Below, in pieces: positions 8,604-16,391 of a DNA stretch of 32,000 bases (position 1 is the stretch's first letter; every line of letters starts with the position of its first letter). The stretch spans positions 660,001-692,000 of the forward strand of contig CP064967.1 of the NCBI GenBank assembly GCA_016699265.1, read 5' to 3'. The notes beneath the pieces were generated by a model that had not been told where the DNA came from, made no database searches, and saw nothing but the letters and a program-made list of their open reading frames with translations. The stretch comes from Candidatus Saccharimonadota bacterium (lineage in GTDB: Bacteria > Patescibacteriota > Microgenomatia > UBA1406 > GWC2-37-13). A program made the position numbers and the translations under genes.

Positions 8604-9779
8604 ATGAGTATCATAAAGAGTGAGTTTGCATTGGCTCTAAACCAAGTAGCAACCGAACGCGGAATTTCAGCCGATGAAGTAGTTCAATCTATAGAAACGG
8701 CAATTCTTGCAGCCTATAAAAAAGAGATGCATGAAGCTCCACTTCTTGAGGGTGAGAATGATGGAATCAGTGTAAAAGTAAATCGAGATACAGGAGAAGC
8801 TCATCTTTATAAGGAAGAGAAGGACATTACTCCCTCTGGATTTGGACGTATAGCCGCACAAACTGCTAAGCAAGTAATTCTTCAGAAAATCAGAGAAGTT
8901 GAGAAAAAAACCGTTGTTTCTCATTATAGAGGACAGGTTGGAACACTCGTTAAAGGAAGAGTCATTCGTTATGACGGATATAATGCTTTTGTTGACATCG
9001 GTAGAGTCGAGGCTGTTCTACCTAAAGAGGACCAGATCAGAAATGAGACGTACAATGTAAATAACCAACTCATCTTCCTCCTTAAGGAAATTGGAGAGGA
9101 TAAATTCGGAAACTCAAGAATTATAGTATCGAGGACCGCACCACAATTGATCTCAGAGCTATTTAAAAAAGAGGTTCCTGAAATTGCAAACAACACCGTT
9201 GAAATAAAAAACGTTGTTCGTGAACCAGGAGAACGAGCGAAGATAGCCGTATACAGTTCACAGGGCGGTGTTGATCCAGTAGGAGCCTGCGTTGGTCAGA
9301 AAGGTGTACGTGTACAGACCGTAACAAATGAGCTGGGAGGCGCCGAGAAAATCGACATCATTCAGTGGAACAGTGATGAGTCGGTCTATCTAGCTTCTGC
9401 GCTTTCACCTGCTCAAATCCAGAAAATTGAGATCGTAGATAAAAAAGCTCGAGTCACCGTCGAGGAATCACAGGCACCTTTAGCGATTGGTAAAGGTGGA
9501 GTAAATGTTAATCTTGCCTCTAAACTTACAGGATTTGAGATCGACATTGAACAGATCAAGTCAGATAAACCAGCTGAGGCAACTCCCATTGAAGCAGAAA
9601 CAAAGTCAGTGGAAGCTGCTCAAGTTGAACCTGAGACAACTCAGTCCGTAACTGAAGACATAGTCGCTACCACCGAGGCACCAGCTGAAAAAGTAGTCGA
9701 AGAAACTCCAGCAGAAACAACTCCCGAAACGCCTGTTGAAGCTACTACAGATACACAAACTACATCAGACGCAAAGTAA
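8604..9779 (+). CDS. nusA: Transcription termination/antitermination factor NusA (no AR1/AR2 domains; acidic Thr/Glu/Pro-rich tail)
   Basis: It contains the N-terminal domain, an S1 domain (GTLVKGRVIRYDGYNAFVDIG) and KH motifs (GACVGQKGVRVQ, AIGKGGVNVNLASKLTG). Confidence 0.9.
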   Translation: MSIIKSEFALALNQVATERGISADEVVQSIETAILAAYKKEMHEAPLLEGENDGISVKVNRDTGEAHLYKEEKDITPSGFGRIAAQTAKQVILQKIREVEKKTVVSHYRGQVGTLVKGRVIRYDGYNAFVDIGRVEAVLPKEDQIRNETYNVNNQLIFLLKEIGEDKFGNSRIIVSRTAPQLISELFKKEVPEIANNTVEIKNVVREPGERAKIAVYSSQGGVDPVGACVGQKGVRVQTVTNELGGAEKIDIIQWNSDESVYLASALSPAQIQKIEIVDKKARVTVEESQAPLAIGKGGVNVNLASKLTGFEIDIEQIKSDKPAEATPIEAETKSVEAAQVEPETTQSVTEDIVATTEAPAEKVVEETPAETTPETPVEATTDTQTTSDAK

Positions 9780-9814
9780 TTTTTAGTTTTTAGTTCTTAG
9801 TTATTAGTTAAACA
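9780..9814. repeat. Five exact-phase heptamers filling the whole nusA-infB spacer
   Basis: Units are tttttag|tttttag|ttcttag|ttattag|ttaaaca (35 nt = 5 x 7). TAG occurs at 9784, 9791, 9798 and 9805, which covers all three frames. Confidence 0.8.
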
Positions 9815-11260
9815 ATGACACAACCCCGCTCACCTATCGTTGCGATTCTCGGCCATGTCGATCATGGTAAAACTACTTTATTGGACTTCATTCGTAAAAC
9901 TAGCCTCACAGAAAAAGAACATGGAGGAATTACTCAAAGTATTGGAGCTTATGAAATATCTACCGGACTCAAAGGTTACTCGACGGACAAAATCACCTTT
10001 ATCGATACTCCTGGCCACGAAGCCTTTACTAAACTGCGCGCAAGAGGAGCAACGGTGGCAGACGTTGCCTTGCTCATCATAGATGCAAAAGACTCTCTTA
10101 AACCCCAGACTATCGAGTCTATCTCACATATAAAAGCCGCAAACATTCCTTACATTGTCGTACTAAATAAAATAGACTTGCCTGAAGCACGACCCGACAA
10201 AGTCAAAAACGATCTTCTGAAATACGAGGTAATGGTAGAAGGTAAAGGTGGCTCGGTACCACTTGCAGAGATTTCTGCAAAGACAGGAAAAGGAGTCCCT
10301 GAGCTTCTGGAATCCATCCTTCTCTTAGCATCAGATCAACAGCTAACCTTTGATATCGATACAGATCCAGAGGCATATATAATCGAAACAAAAAAAGACA
10401 GACGTGGTTCAATTATTAGCGCGATAATTAAAAATGGCGTGCTTAAAAAAGGACTCACTATCTATGCAGACAGCAAAAAAGCCGTCATTCGCTCCCTCAC
10501 AAACGACAAAGGCCAACAGGTAGAGACGGTACAACCATCTACTCCTTTCGAACTTCTTGGTTTCAGTGAGCTACCCGAGGTTGGTTCCGTCATCTCTACA
10601 AAAGATCTCATAGCTCATGCAAAAGCAGCTCCGTTTGAAAAAAGATCCATTAAGATGGAAGATCTGTTTGTAAAGGAAGAAGGTCGTAAGCTCTCAGTAG
10701 TTTTAAAAACAGACAACCAAGGCTCTCTTGAGGCAATCAAGCAATCTGTAGCCGAAAATAAGAATCTCGTATTGGTCTTAGCCGCAATTGGTGATATCAC
10801 AAAGTCCGACATCTTTTTAGCCAAGGCTACCAAGTCGATTTTGATTGGGTTCAACATTAAGCCATCAAATGAAGTAAAGGATCTGTCGAAACAGGAAAAA
10901 ATTACCATTAAACTCTATAATATTATCTACGAGCTGCTTGAAGAGCTTCACGAAGTTGCGGACCTTATTAAGGAAAAGGAAGAGATCGAAAAAAGTATAA
11001 AGGGTGAGGCTAAGGTGCTCGCATCCTTCGTTATTGAGAGTGAAAAGGTCTTCGGTGTACGAATAAATAAGGGTAAAGCTAATATGGGAGATACTGTTAT
11101 GCTCTATCGAGATAATAAGCCTGTAGCAAAGACCATTTTGAGCTCACTTCGTATTCATGCAAAGACTGTTGAGGAGGTAAAGAAGGATCAAGAAGCTGGA
11201 ATGCTGTTTGACCCAGCCATTGACATAAGGGTGGGAGATGTGATAAAATTCATCCTATAA
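9815..11260 (+). CDS. infB: Translation initiation factor IF-2, minimal form starting at the G domain
   Basis: PIVAILGHVDHGKTTLLD (G1), DTPGHEAF (G3) and NKID (G4) are present, followed by the C-terminal domains. The protein is 481 aa. No N-terminal extension is possible because the upstream spacer has stops in all frames. Confidence 0.9.
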   Translation: MTQPRSPIVAILGHVDHGKTTLLDFIRKTSLTEKEHGGITQSIGAYEISTGLKGYSTDKITFIDTPGHEAFTKLRARGATVADVALLIIDAKDSLKPQTIESISHIKAANIPYIVVLNKIDLPEARPDKVKNDLLKYEVMVEGKGGSVPLAEISAKTGKGVPELLESILLLASDQQLTFDIDTDPEAYIIETKKDRRGSIISAIIKNGVLKKGLTIYADSKKAVIRSLTNDKGQQVETVQPSTPFELLGFSELPEVGSVISTKDLIAHAKAAPFEKRSIKMEDLFVKEEGRKLSVVLKTDNQGSLEAIKQSVAENKNLVLVLAAIGDITKSDIFLAKATKSILIGFNIKPSNEVKDLSKQEKITIKLYNIIYELLEELHEVADLIKEKEEIEKSIKGEAKVLASFVIESEKVFGVRINKGKANMGDTVMLYRDNKPVAKTILSSLRIHAKTVEEVKKDQEAGMLFDPAIDIRVGDVIKFIL

Positions 11261-11261
11261 T

Positions 11262-12200
11262 ATGAATCCTACCCGCTCTCAACTAGAGAAGGTTATTGAG
11301 ACACTTCAGAATTACAACTCAGGAGTTATCTGTCTTGGTGAGAATCCAAGTATTGACTCTGTTGCCGCTGCTACATCACTCTATTTAGGACTTACTCAGC
11401 TTGGAAAAAATGTTTCTATTGCTTCGTCTACCGCCATTGAGTCAGAGATTGTAGGCACAGAAAAGATTCAGTCAGAACTTACAACCTCAGGAGACAATCT
11501 AGTCATCTCTTTCCCCTACACAGAAGGATCGATAGATAAGGTTGATTATTTTATTCAGAACGATAAATTCAATGTAGTTGTTACTCCACGACCAGGAACA
11601 CCTGCGCTCGACAGCAAAGTCGTAAACTTCAGCACTGCTGGTGGCACAGTTGAGTTTATTATTGTAATTGGAGTCTCGTCTTTAAGATCGCTTGGAGTAC
11701 TTTATACAGAAAATCTGGAGCTTTTCAAACAGACAAAAATAATTAATATAGATAGAAGTCTAACCAATGCATACTTTGGAACAGCAAATTTTGTGAATAG
11801 AAATGTCTCGTCCTTATCAGAGCTTGCTCTAACCATTCTTAATACGATGAATGTGGAGATTGATAAAGAAATAGCCACAAATTTGTATGCAGGAGTACTT
11901 GATGCAACTAAGACGTTCTCAACCCCTTCAACAAACGCTTCTACATTTGAGACAAGTGCATCATTATTAAAGGCAGGAGCTAAGAAGCCAGGACAACATA
12001 CACAGATGGATCAAACTCAGTCACTTCAGGTGAATCAAAAGAAATCATTTGAAAGACAGGGCGCAAAGCCAATCAAATCTGTAGAACGTGCGCCAATGAT
12101 AGGATCTATCGAGGGTGATGACTCAATCTCAGAGGATGAGGAAGACGACACATGGCTAAAGCCAAAGATCTTTAAGCCCGGCACCTCCGAACTCGGTTAA
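11262..12200 (+). CDS. DHH-family (NrnA-like) protein with eroded catalytic motifs and no DHHA1 domain
   Basis: It aligns by eye to NrnA. Motif I reads GENPSIDSVAAATS (no DxD). The DHH motif reads IINIDRSLTN (DHH replaced by DRS). The linker LYAGVLDATKTFSTPSTNASTFETSASLLKAGA is conserved. The C-terminus is a low-complexity acidic tail where the GGGH domain would be. Confidence 0.55.
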   Translation: MNPTRSQLEKVIETLQNYNSGVICLGENPSIDSVAAATSLYLGLTQLGKNVSIASSTAIESEIVGTEKIQSELTTSGDNLVISFPYTEGSIDKVDYFIQNDKFNVVVTPRPGTPALDSKVVNFSTAGGTVEFIIVIGVSSLRSLGVLYTENLELFKQTKIINIDRSLTNAYFGTANFVNRNVSSLSELALTILNTMNVEIDKEIATNLYAGVLDATKTFSTPSTNASTFETSASLLKAGAKKPGQHTQMDQTQSLQVNQKKSFERQGAKPIKSVERAPMIGSIEGDDSISEDEEDDTWLKPKIFKPGTSELG

Positions 12201-12523
12201 CGCACAATACTTCCTGCAGGAATATCCTTATCTGGGTGCAGTAGCACTGCTTTTTCCCCATCATCAGCAGCCAACATCATGCCTTGACTCTCCAGACCTC
12301 GCATCATTCTTGGCTCGAGATTTAGAAGCAATGGCACTTCCATGCCAACAAGAGACTCAAGATCAGTATAAAATTCCGCAATACCCGCTAGAATTTGTCG
12401 CTCCTCTCCATTTCCGATATCGAAGATAAACTTTAGAAGTTTGTCGGCATTCTCAACCTTCTCTACAGACTTCACCTTCCCAATCTTTATCTCCAGTTTT
12501 TTAAAATCATCAATAGATATCAT
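12197..12523 (-). CDS. tRNA-binding domain protein (CsaA / EMAP-II-like OB fold)
   Basis: 108 aa. FKKLEIKIGKVKSVEKVENADKLLKFIFDIG...RQILAGIAEFY...RGLESQGMMLAA is the standalone tRNA-binding-domain pattern. Confidence 0.75.
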   Translation of the reverse strand: MISIDDFKKLEIKIGKVKSVEKVENADKLLKFIFDIGNGEERQILAGIAEFYTDLESLVGMEVPLLLNLEPRMMRGLESQGMMLAADDGEKAVLLHPDKDIPAGSIVR

Positions 12524-12538
12524 AATTATGTAATTATA

Positions 12539-13409
12539 CTATGACAAAAAAATAATCTTAAATATTTGATCGGCAATTTCCGCTGGGCTTATTAGGTCTA
12601 GCGCAATTTGGCATTTGGGATTATCTCTTGAAAAGATTGTTCTACCTCTTTGCTCACCGTCTACAATCACCTCGATACCTGATGTCATCCACTTTGCTTT
12701 CTCAGGAAAAAACTCTAAATATACAGCTAGCGGATCATGCAGGTTGAAGCTTTTTTCTCTCTCATGATTATATTTCTCAAACCAAGCCAACAAAAGTTCC
12801 TTTATCCATTTGTTAATCTTACCTTTCTCTGGAATGCTCTTAATTTTTTTTAAATTCCAAAATACCTTTCTTGAAACGTCTAATGGAACAACCCTTACCT
12901 TAGCTCCTTTGCAGTTATTAAAAAATTCTACTGCCGAGTCCGTATCGAAGGCTATGTTAGTCTCAGAATACTTGGTTTCATTTCCCTCAATATTAAATGC
13001 TCCACCCATAATGGTGAAGTTTTCTGGTTTTTGCTCTTTAAGCAGTTTAAGTGTGTCCATCATTGGCGACAAGGAAATAACATTGTTATTTTTTGAAACT
13101 TCATTATTGCTCCTGACCGAATCTGTACTAACGGTTGGATGAACTCCCCATACGCCGTCTGGACCATGGAAGTAATCTGGCCAAGGTCTCTACTATTCCG
13201 CTTAGTGGAAGTGCCGAACCATGGACAAACTGCCAGTCGTTGGCAACATAAGATATGAACTCTTTTGCATTACGTGCAGTTATTGTTTCGGCTGCATTTC
13301 CAAAACTTGAGACTAAGCAGTTTTTGGACTCGGATCTAAGTTTGTACAACAATACAAGCGCTACTAGATCGTCAATGCCCGGATCGGAAATTACTGTAAA
13401 GTTTTTCAT
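12539..13409 (-). pseudogene. Inosine/uridine-preferring nucleoside hydrolase family protein, frame-disrupted as assembled
   Basis: The N-terminal ORF (13128..13409) has DPGIDDLVALVLL, the IUNH aspartate cluster. The rest continues in the +1 frame (PWPDYFHGPDGVWGV...MGGAFNIEGNETKYSETNIAFDTDSA...LHDPLAV). The junction is at about 13187; the second frame has TAG TAG immediately upstream at 13195..13190. Confidence 0.75.
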
Positions 13410-15265
13410 TTTATGCTTTTTATAATATCAACGACTCCGCTAACTAAAGGCTTATCAGATATGTAAGCCGTCTTTTCAACGATCTCCTCAGTGATTCTTG
13501 AGTCAGCAACAAAAGCACATTGTACTCCTGAGGTTGGCACTACCCAATCAGACACGCTATTACCGATCATTATTATGTTATGACCATGGGCGGATAAAGT
13601 ATTTAATGTCATCCCCTTGTTATCCCTAAAGTTACTTCCGGGATGAATGGCAAAATAATTATTCTCTGAAGATACGTCTACACTGTAATCGGCGTTATTG
13701 GCAAATGATACTCCTAAATCTTTGACAAATTCTGGAGGCCCAAACACGATGACCGATGTTTCTCTATTAGCTCCAAAACTCCAGTAAGGTGAATTTTGAT
13801 CCACTATACCTCCTCCATACTCTGGCGCAATGCTGTCATCTATTCGCTCGTAGCTGTGGTCTTCAGCAATCTTTAATATTTTGATTTTAATTTCTTCTAT
13901 TGACTTTAGTATTCTCAATATAAGGCTCTCGCCATTGTTAAATACCAGATTGCCATTCTCGGCGATAATCGGACCACTAATACCTAACTTTGCAGCAAAC
14001 TCCTGAAGCTGAGGCAGCGGAGAATCTGAACACAGACCAACAGAAAATCCCTTCTCTTCAGCCAGTAGGAGCGCTTTCTTCAGCGACAGCAATTCCTCGT
14101 CTGATATAAACCCATCAATAGAACCCTCAGGAATTAGGGTTCCATTCACATCTATAAAGATTATATTTTTAGGTAGCTCTAGATGAGCAAGTTCTTCTTG
14201 AAACTCTCCTAGTGACTCCGTTAGATCCGCTATCTTGTCTAAATTATCCATCGACCACACAACAACGCTCTCCATTGTGGTGTTTGAATCAAAGCCATAC
14301 ATCTCACTCATTAAAACCACAAAATTTGGATCCATGTTCTTCAACAATATTGGCTTCCCAATTCTTTCTCCAGCACTGATGTAAAACTCCAAGCTTGCCT
14401 GAAGTACCTTCATCGCAAACTCCTTTTCCATTTCCTGAGGTATGCCCGCTCTTGCAGTGGTGCTAACAAATGGAAGGATGTATGGAGCTCTAGCAAAATT
14501 ACCATTTGGAAGTTTAATTACCAAACCACTAGCGCCAAGCAAATAATCTCTGGGATCGCCAAGATCAACTTTATCGAAAATATCGGTTCCATCAGACGTT
14601 GAGTAGGCAACAACCGAGTCTACAAAAACCCCCATCTCAGACAAGATGCTAGACCCACCCACCTGAATACCTGCGACTAATTTTTTTACATCCACTCCGT
14701 GTCCTCTTAGTTCGGATAATGATGCAACTACGCTTCCACCGCTAAAAATATCGTCCTCTGCAACCGCAACAGCAGTACCAGCTAGCAAATGCGATATATT
14801 CTGAGCCTGCTTAGATAACGAATCAGTTCCCGGTCTTGAAACCTGACCAAAATCTTTTCGTCCTCCCAGATAAAATCCTCTGGACACTCCCAGCTCAAAA
14901 ACTCCACTATTCATTAATGGATCTAAGCTAACGGTAGGAAGGTTTCCAATCTTCTCCCTAACGGACATGTCTAGCGTATCTGGATTGTAAAGATGAAGCT
15001 CCATTTTGCCTTTTGGCGAATAACCCCACTGTAAAACATCGGCAAGCTTACTAAAGTAGGTGTCGTACTCTTCCATAAGGATATGCTTGGTCTTTTCCTC
15101 ATCAAGGCCATACTCAGTTGCAAATCTTCTCGCAACTGGTGACATCGCGAAGTTTCCATCTTTTCTCATGACGTACACAAAATCCACGTCACTTCCCACC
15201 TCCACGTTTCCGTTTTGAGGCCATTTAATTTCTTGCCTTGGTTTGTATTTTATATTTTCTTTCAT
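13406..15265 (-). CDS. Fusion protein: N-terminal type-I phosphoribosyltransferase-like domain plus C-terminal HAD-IIB-like domain
   Basis: 619 aa. A PRPP-loop-like sequence AVAVAEDDIFSGGS lies in the N-terminal half. The C-terminal half has HAD motif I as IIFIDVNGTL, motif II GLCSDS and motif IV MIGNSVSD. Its TGA overlaps the ATG of the nucleoside hydrolase (ATGA at 13406-13409). Confidence 0.6.
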   Translation of the reverse strand: MKENIKYKPRQEIKWPQNGNVEVGSDVDFVYVMRKDGNFAMSPVARRFATEYGLDEEKTKHILMEEYDTYFSKLADVLQWGYSPKGKMELHLYNPDTLDMSVREKIGNLPTVSLDPLMNSGVFELGVSRGFYLGGRKDFGQVSRPGTDSLSKQAQNISHLLAGTAVAVAEDDIFSGGSVVASLSELRGHGVDVKKLVAGIQVGGSSILSEMGVFVDSVVAYSTSDGTDIFDKVDLGDPRDYLLGASGLVIKLPNGNFARAPYILPFVSTTARAGIPQEMEKEFAMKVLQASLEFYISAGERIGKPILLKNMDPNFVVLMSEMYGFDSNTTMESVVVWSMDNLDKIADLTESLGEFQEELAHLELPKNIIFIDVNGTLIPEGSIDGFISDEELLSLKKALLLAEEKGFSVGLCSDSPLPQLQEFAAKLGISGPIIAENGNLVFNNGESLILRILKSIEEIKIKILKIAEDHSYERIDDSIAPEYGGGIVDQNSPYWSFGANRETSVIVFGPPEFVKDLGVSFANNADYSVDVSSENNYFAIHPGSNFRDNKGMTLNTLSAHGHNIIMIGNSVSDWVVPTSGVQCAFVADSRITEEIVEKTAYISDKPLVSGVVDIIKSIK

Positions 15266-15289
15266 AAAAAAAACCTCCCGATGGGGAGG
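15266..15289 (-). terminator. Intrinsic-terminator-like hairpin plus U8 directly abutting the ATG of the PRTase-HAD gene (candidate attenuator/SD-sequestering element)
   Basis: The minus-strand RNA reads CCUCCC-CAUC-GGGAGG-UUUUUUUU-AUG: a 6-bp GC stem (15289..15284 / 15279..15274), a tetraloop and U8 (15273..15266). There is no upstream co-directional gene to terminate. Confidence 0.5.
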
Positions 15290-15315
15290 TTGGATTTTTG
15301 CTTGCTCTTAATTTT

Positions 15316-15396
15316 TTATATATTGCTTACAAAAACACCACCCTCCGCTGAGAGGCTATGCGTACAACGACGAAATGTGGTATTTGTGAGTTCCAT
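15316..15396 (-). CDS. Candidate leaderless 26-codon upstream ORF (leader peptide?)
   Basis: ATG 15396 lies 7 nt after TATTAT. The ORF reads MELTNTTFRRCTHSLSAEGGVFVSNI, with a stop at 15318..15316. It covers the first two complementary segments of the leader. There is no homology evidence. Confidence 0.2.
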   Translation of the reverse strand: MELTNTTFRRCTHSLSAEGGVFVSNI

Positions 15397-16387
15397 AAAA
15401 TCTATAATACCACAGAAAGACAGAAACTCAACGAGAAACTGTATAATAATTATGTGGAACTGCTTCAAATTGCCATTTTATTAATCTGTATTTTTGCAAT
15501 ATTTTTATTCATTGTAAAACAATGGTTCGATAGACTTGAGCAAAAATCAGGACTCTCAGATGAGGTTGTATCATGGCTCAAAAGCTCGACAGTTAACTTT
15601 AATGCGCGTCTTGATAAGTCGGCCTACGTAATAGCGGATCTTCAAAAAAGCATTGGTGAGTTTTCTGAAATTGGTAGATCGATGAAGGATCTTCAGGACT
15701 TTCTTCAGTCGCCGAAACTTAGAGGTAACATAGGCGAACAGATCCTCAAAGATTTGCTAGCTCAGCACTTCCCCACCGACTCATTTTCACTGCAGTACGC
15801 CTTCAAAAGTGGTGAAAAGGTCGACGCAATAATTCGCACTAGTAGCGGACTTATTCCAATTGATGCAAAGTTCCCCTTGAGAATTTTAGAAAATGTTGAA
15901 AGGTAAAATGAGCAGGAAAAAGTTCTTTTCAAAAGATTTTGTTAGAGATGTTAAAAAACACATTCAGGATATCTCACGAAAATATATCGTTACGCACGAA
16001 GGAACCAGCGACTACGCACTGATGTATATACCATCCGAGAATGTCTACTATGAAATAATCAACGACTCAGATCTATACGACTTTGCAGGGTCCTTAAGAG
16101 TTCTCCCCGTCTCTCCAATGAGTTTCTATGCATATATGAAGGCCATTCTTATGTCTTACGAGGGACAGAAGATTCAGTCTCAAGCTAAGGAAATTCTCTC
16201 GATTCTTCAGTCGATGAAAAAGGACTATGAAAAGGTGGATGAATCTATGGGGATTCTAAACAAACACCTCACCAATGCATACAATCAACTTTTTAATGTA
16301 TCCAAGAACGTCATGGGATTGGGTCAAAAAATCTCCTCAACTAATTTGATCTCGACCAAATCAAAACCAGAAAAGCTGATAGAATAA
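15358..16387 (+). pseudogene. rmuC: RmuC-family DNA recombination protein, frame-disrupted as assembled (true start probably GTG 15454)
   Basis: ORF 15358..15906 ends ...VDAIIRTSSGLIPIDAKFPLRILENVER*. ORF 15893..16387 continues ...KKFFSKDFVRDVKKHIQDISRKYI...ALMYIPSENVYYEI...VSPMSFYAYM. The third frame reads PLENFRK between the two. GTG 15454 lies 6 nt after TATAAT (15442-15447) and opens directly on the TM helix LLQIAILLICIFAIFLF. Confidence 0.75.
15404..15431 (-). promoter_or_regulatory. Candidate promoter for the PRTase-HAD operon leader
   Basis: On the minus strand: TTGAGT (15431..15426), a 16-nt spacer, then the extended -10 TGgTATTAT (15412..15404). Confidence 0.45.
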
Positions 16388-16391
16388 CGCG

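Noticed and set aside
15310-15335. preQ1-I-riboswitch-like string UAUAAAAAAUUAAGAG in the minus-strand leader
   Set aside because: It resembles only the A-rich tail of preQ1-I. There is no adjacent 5-bp P1 hairpin or loop complementary to the tail, and the downstream genes are unrelated to queuosine.
15346-15357. PyrR-binding-loop-like CUGAGAGGCU on the plus strand just before ATG 15358
   Set aside because: It is a partial match only, on the strand opposite the candidate leader, and no pyr genes are nearby. It is most likely a by-product of the C-rich/G-rich segments.
15358-15453. ATG 15358 as the rmuC start (MRTTTKCGICEFHKIYNTTERQ...)
   Set aside because: This segment has no RmuC-like features. 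It overlaps the candidate promoter and uORF of the divergent operon. GTG 15454 with TATAAT 6 nt upstream fits the local start pattern. This remains unproven.
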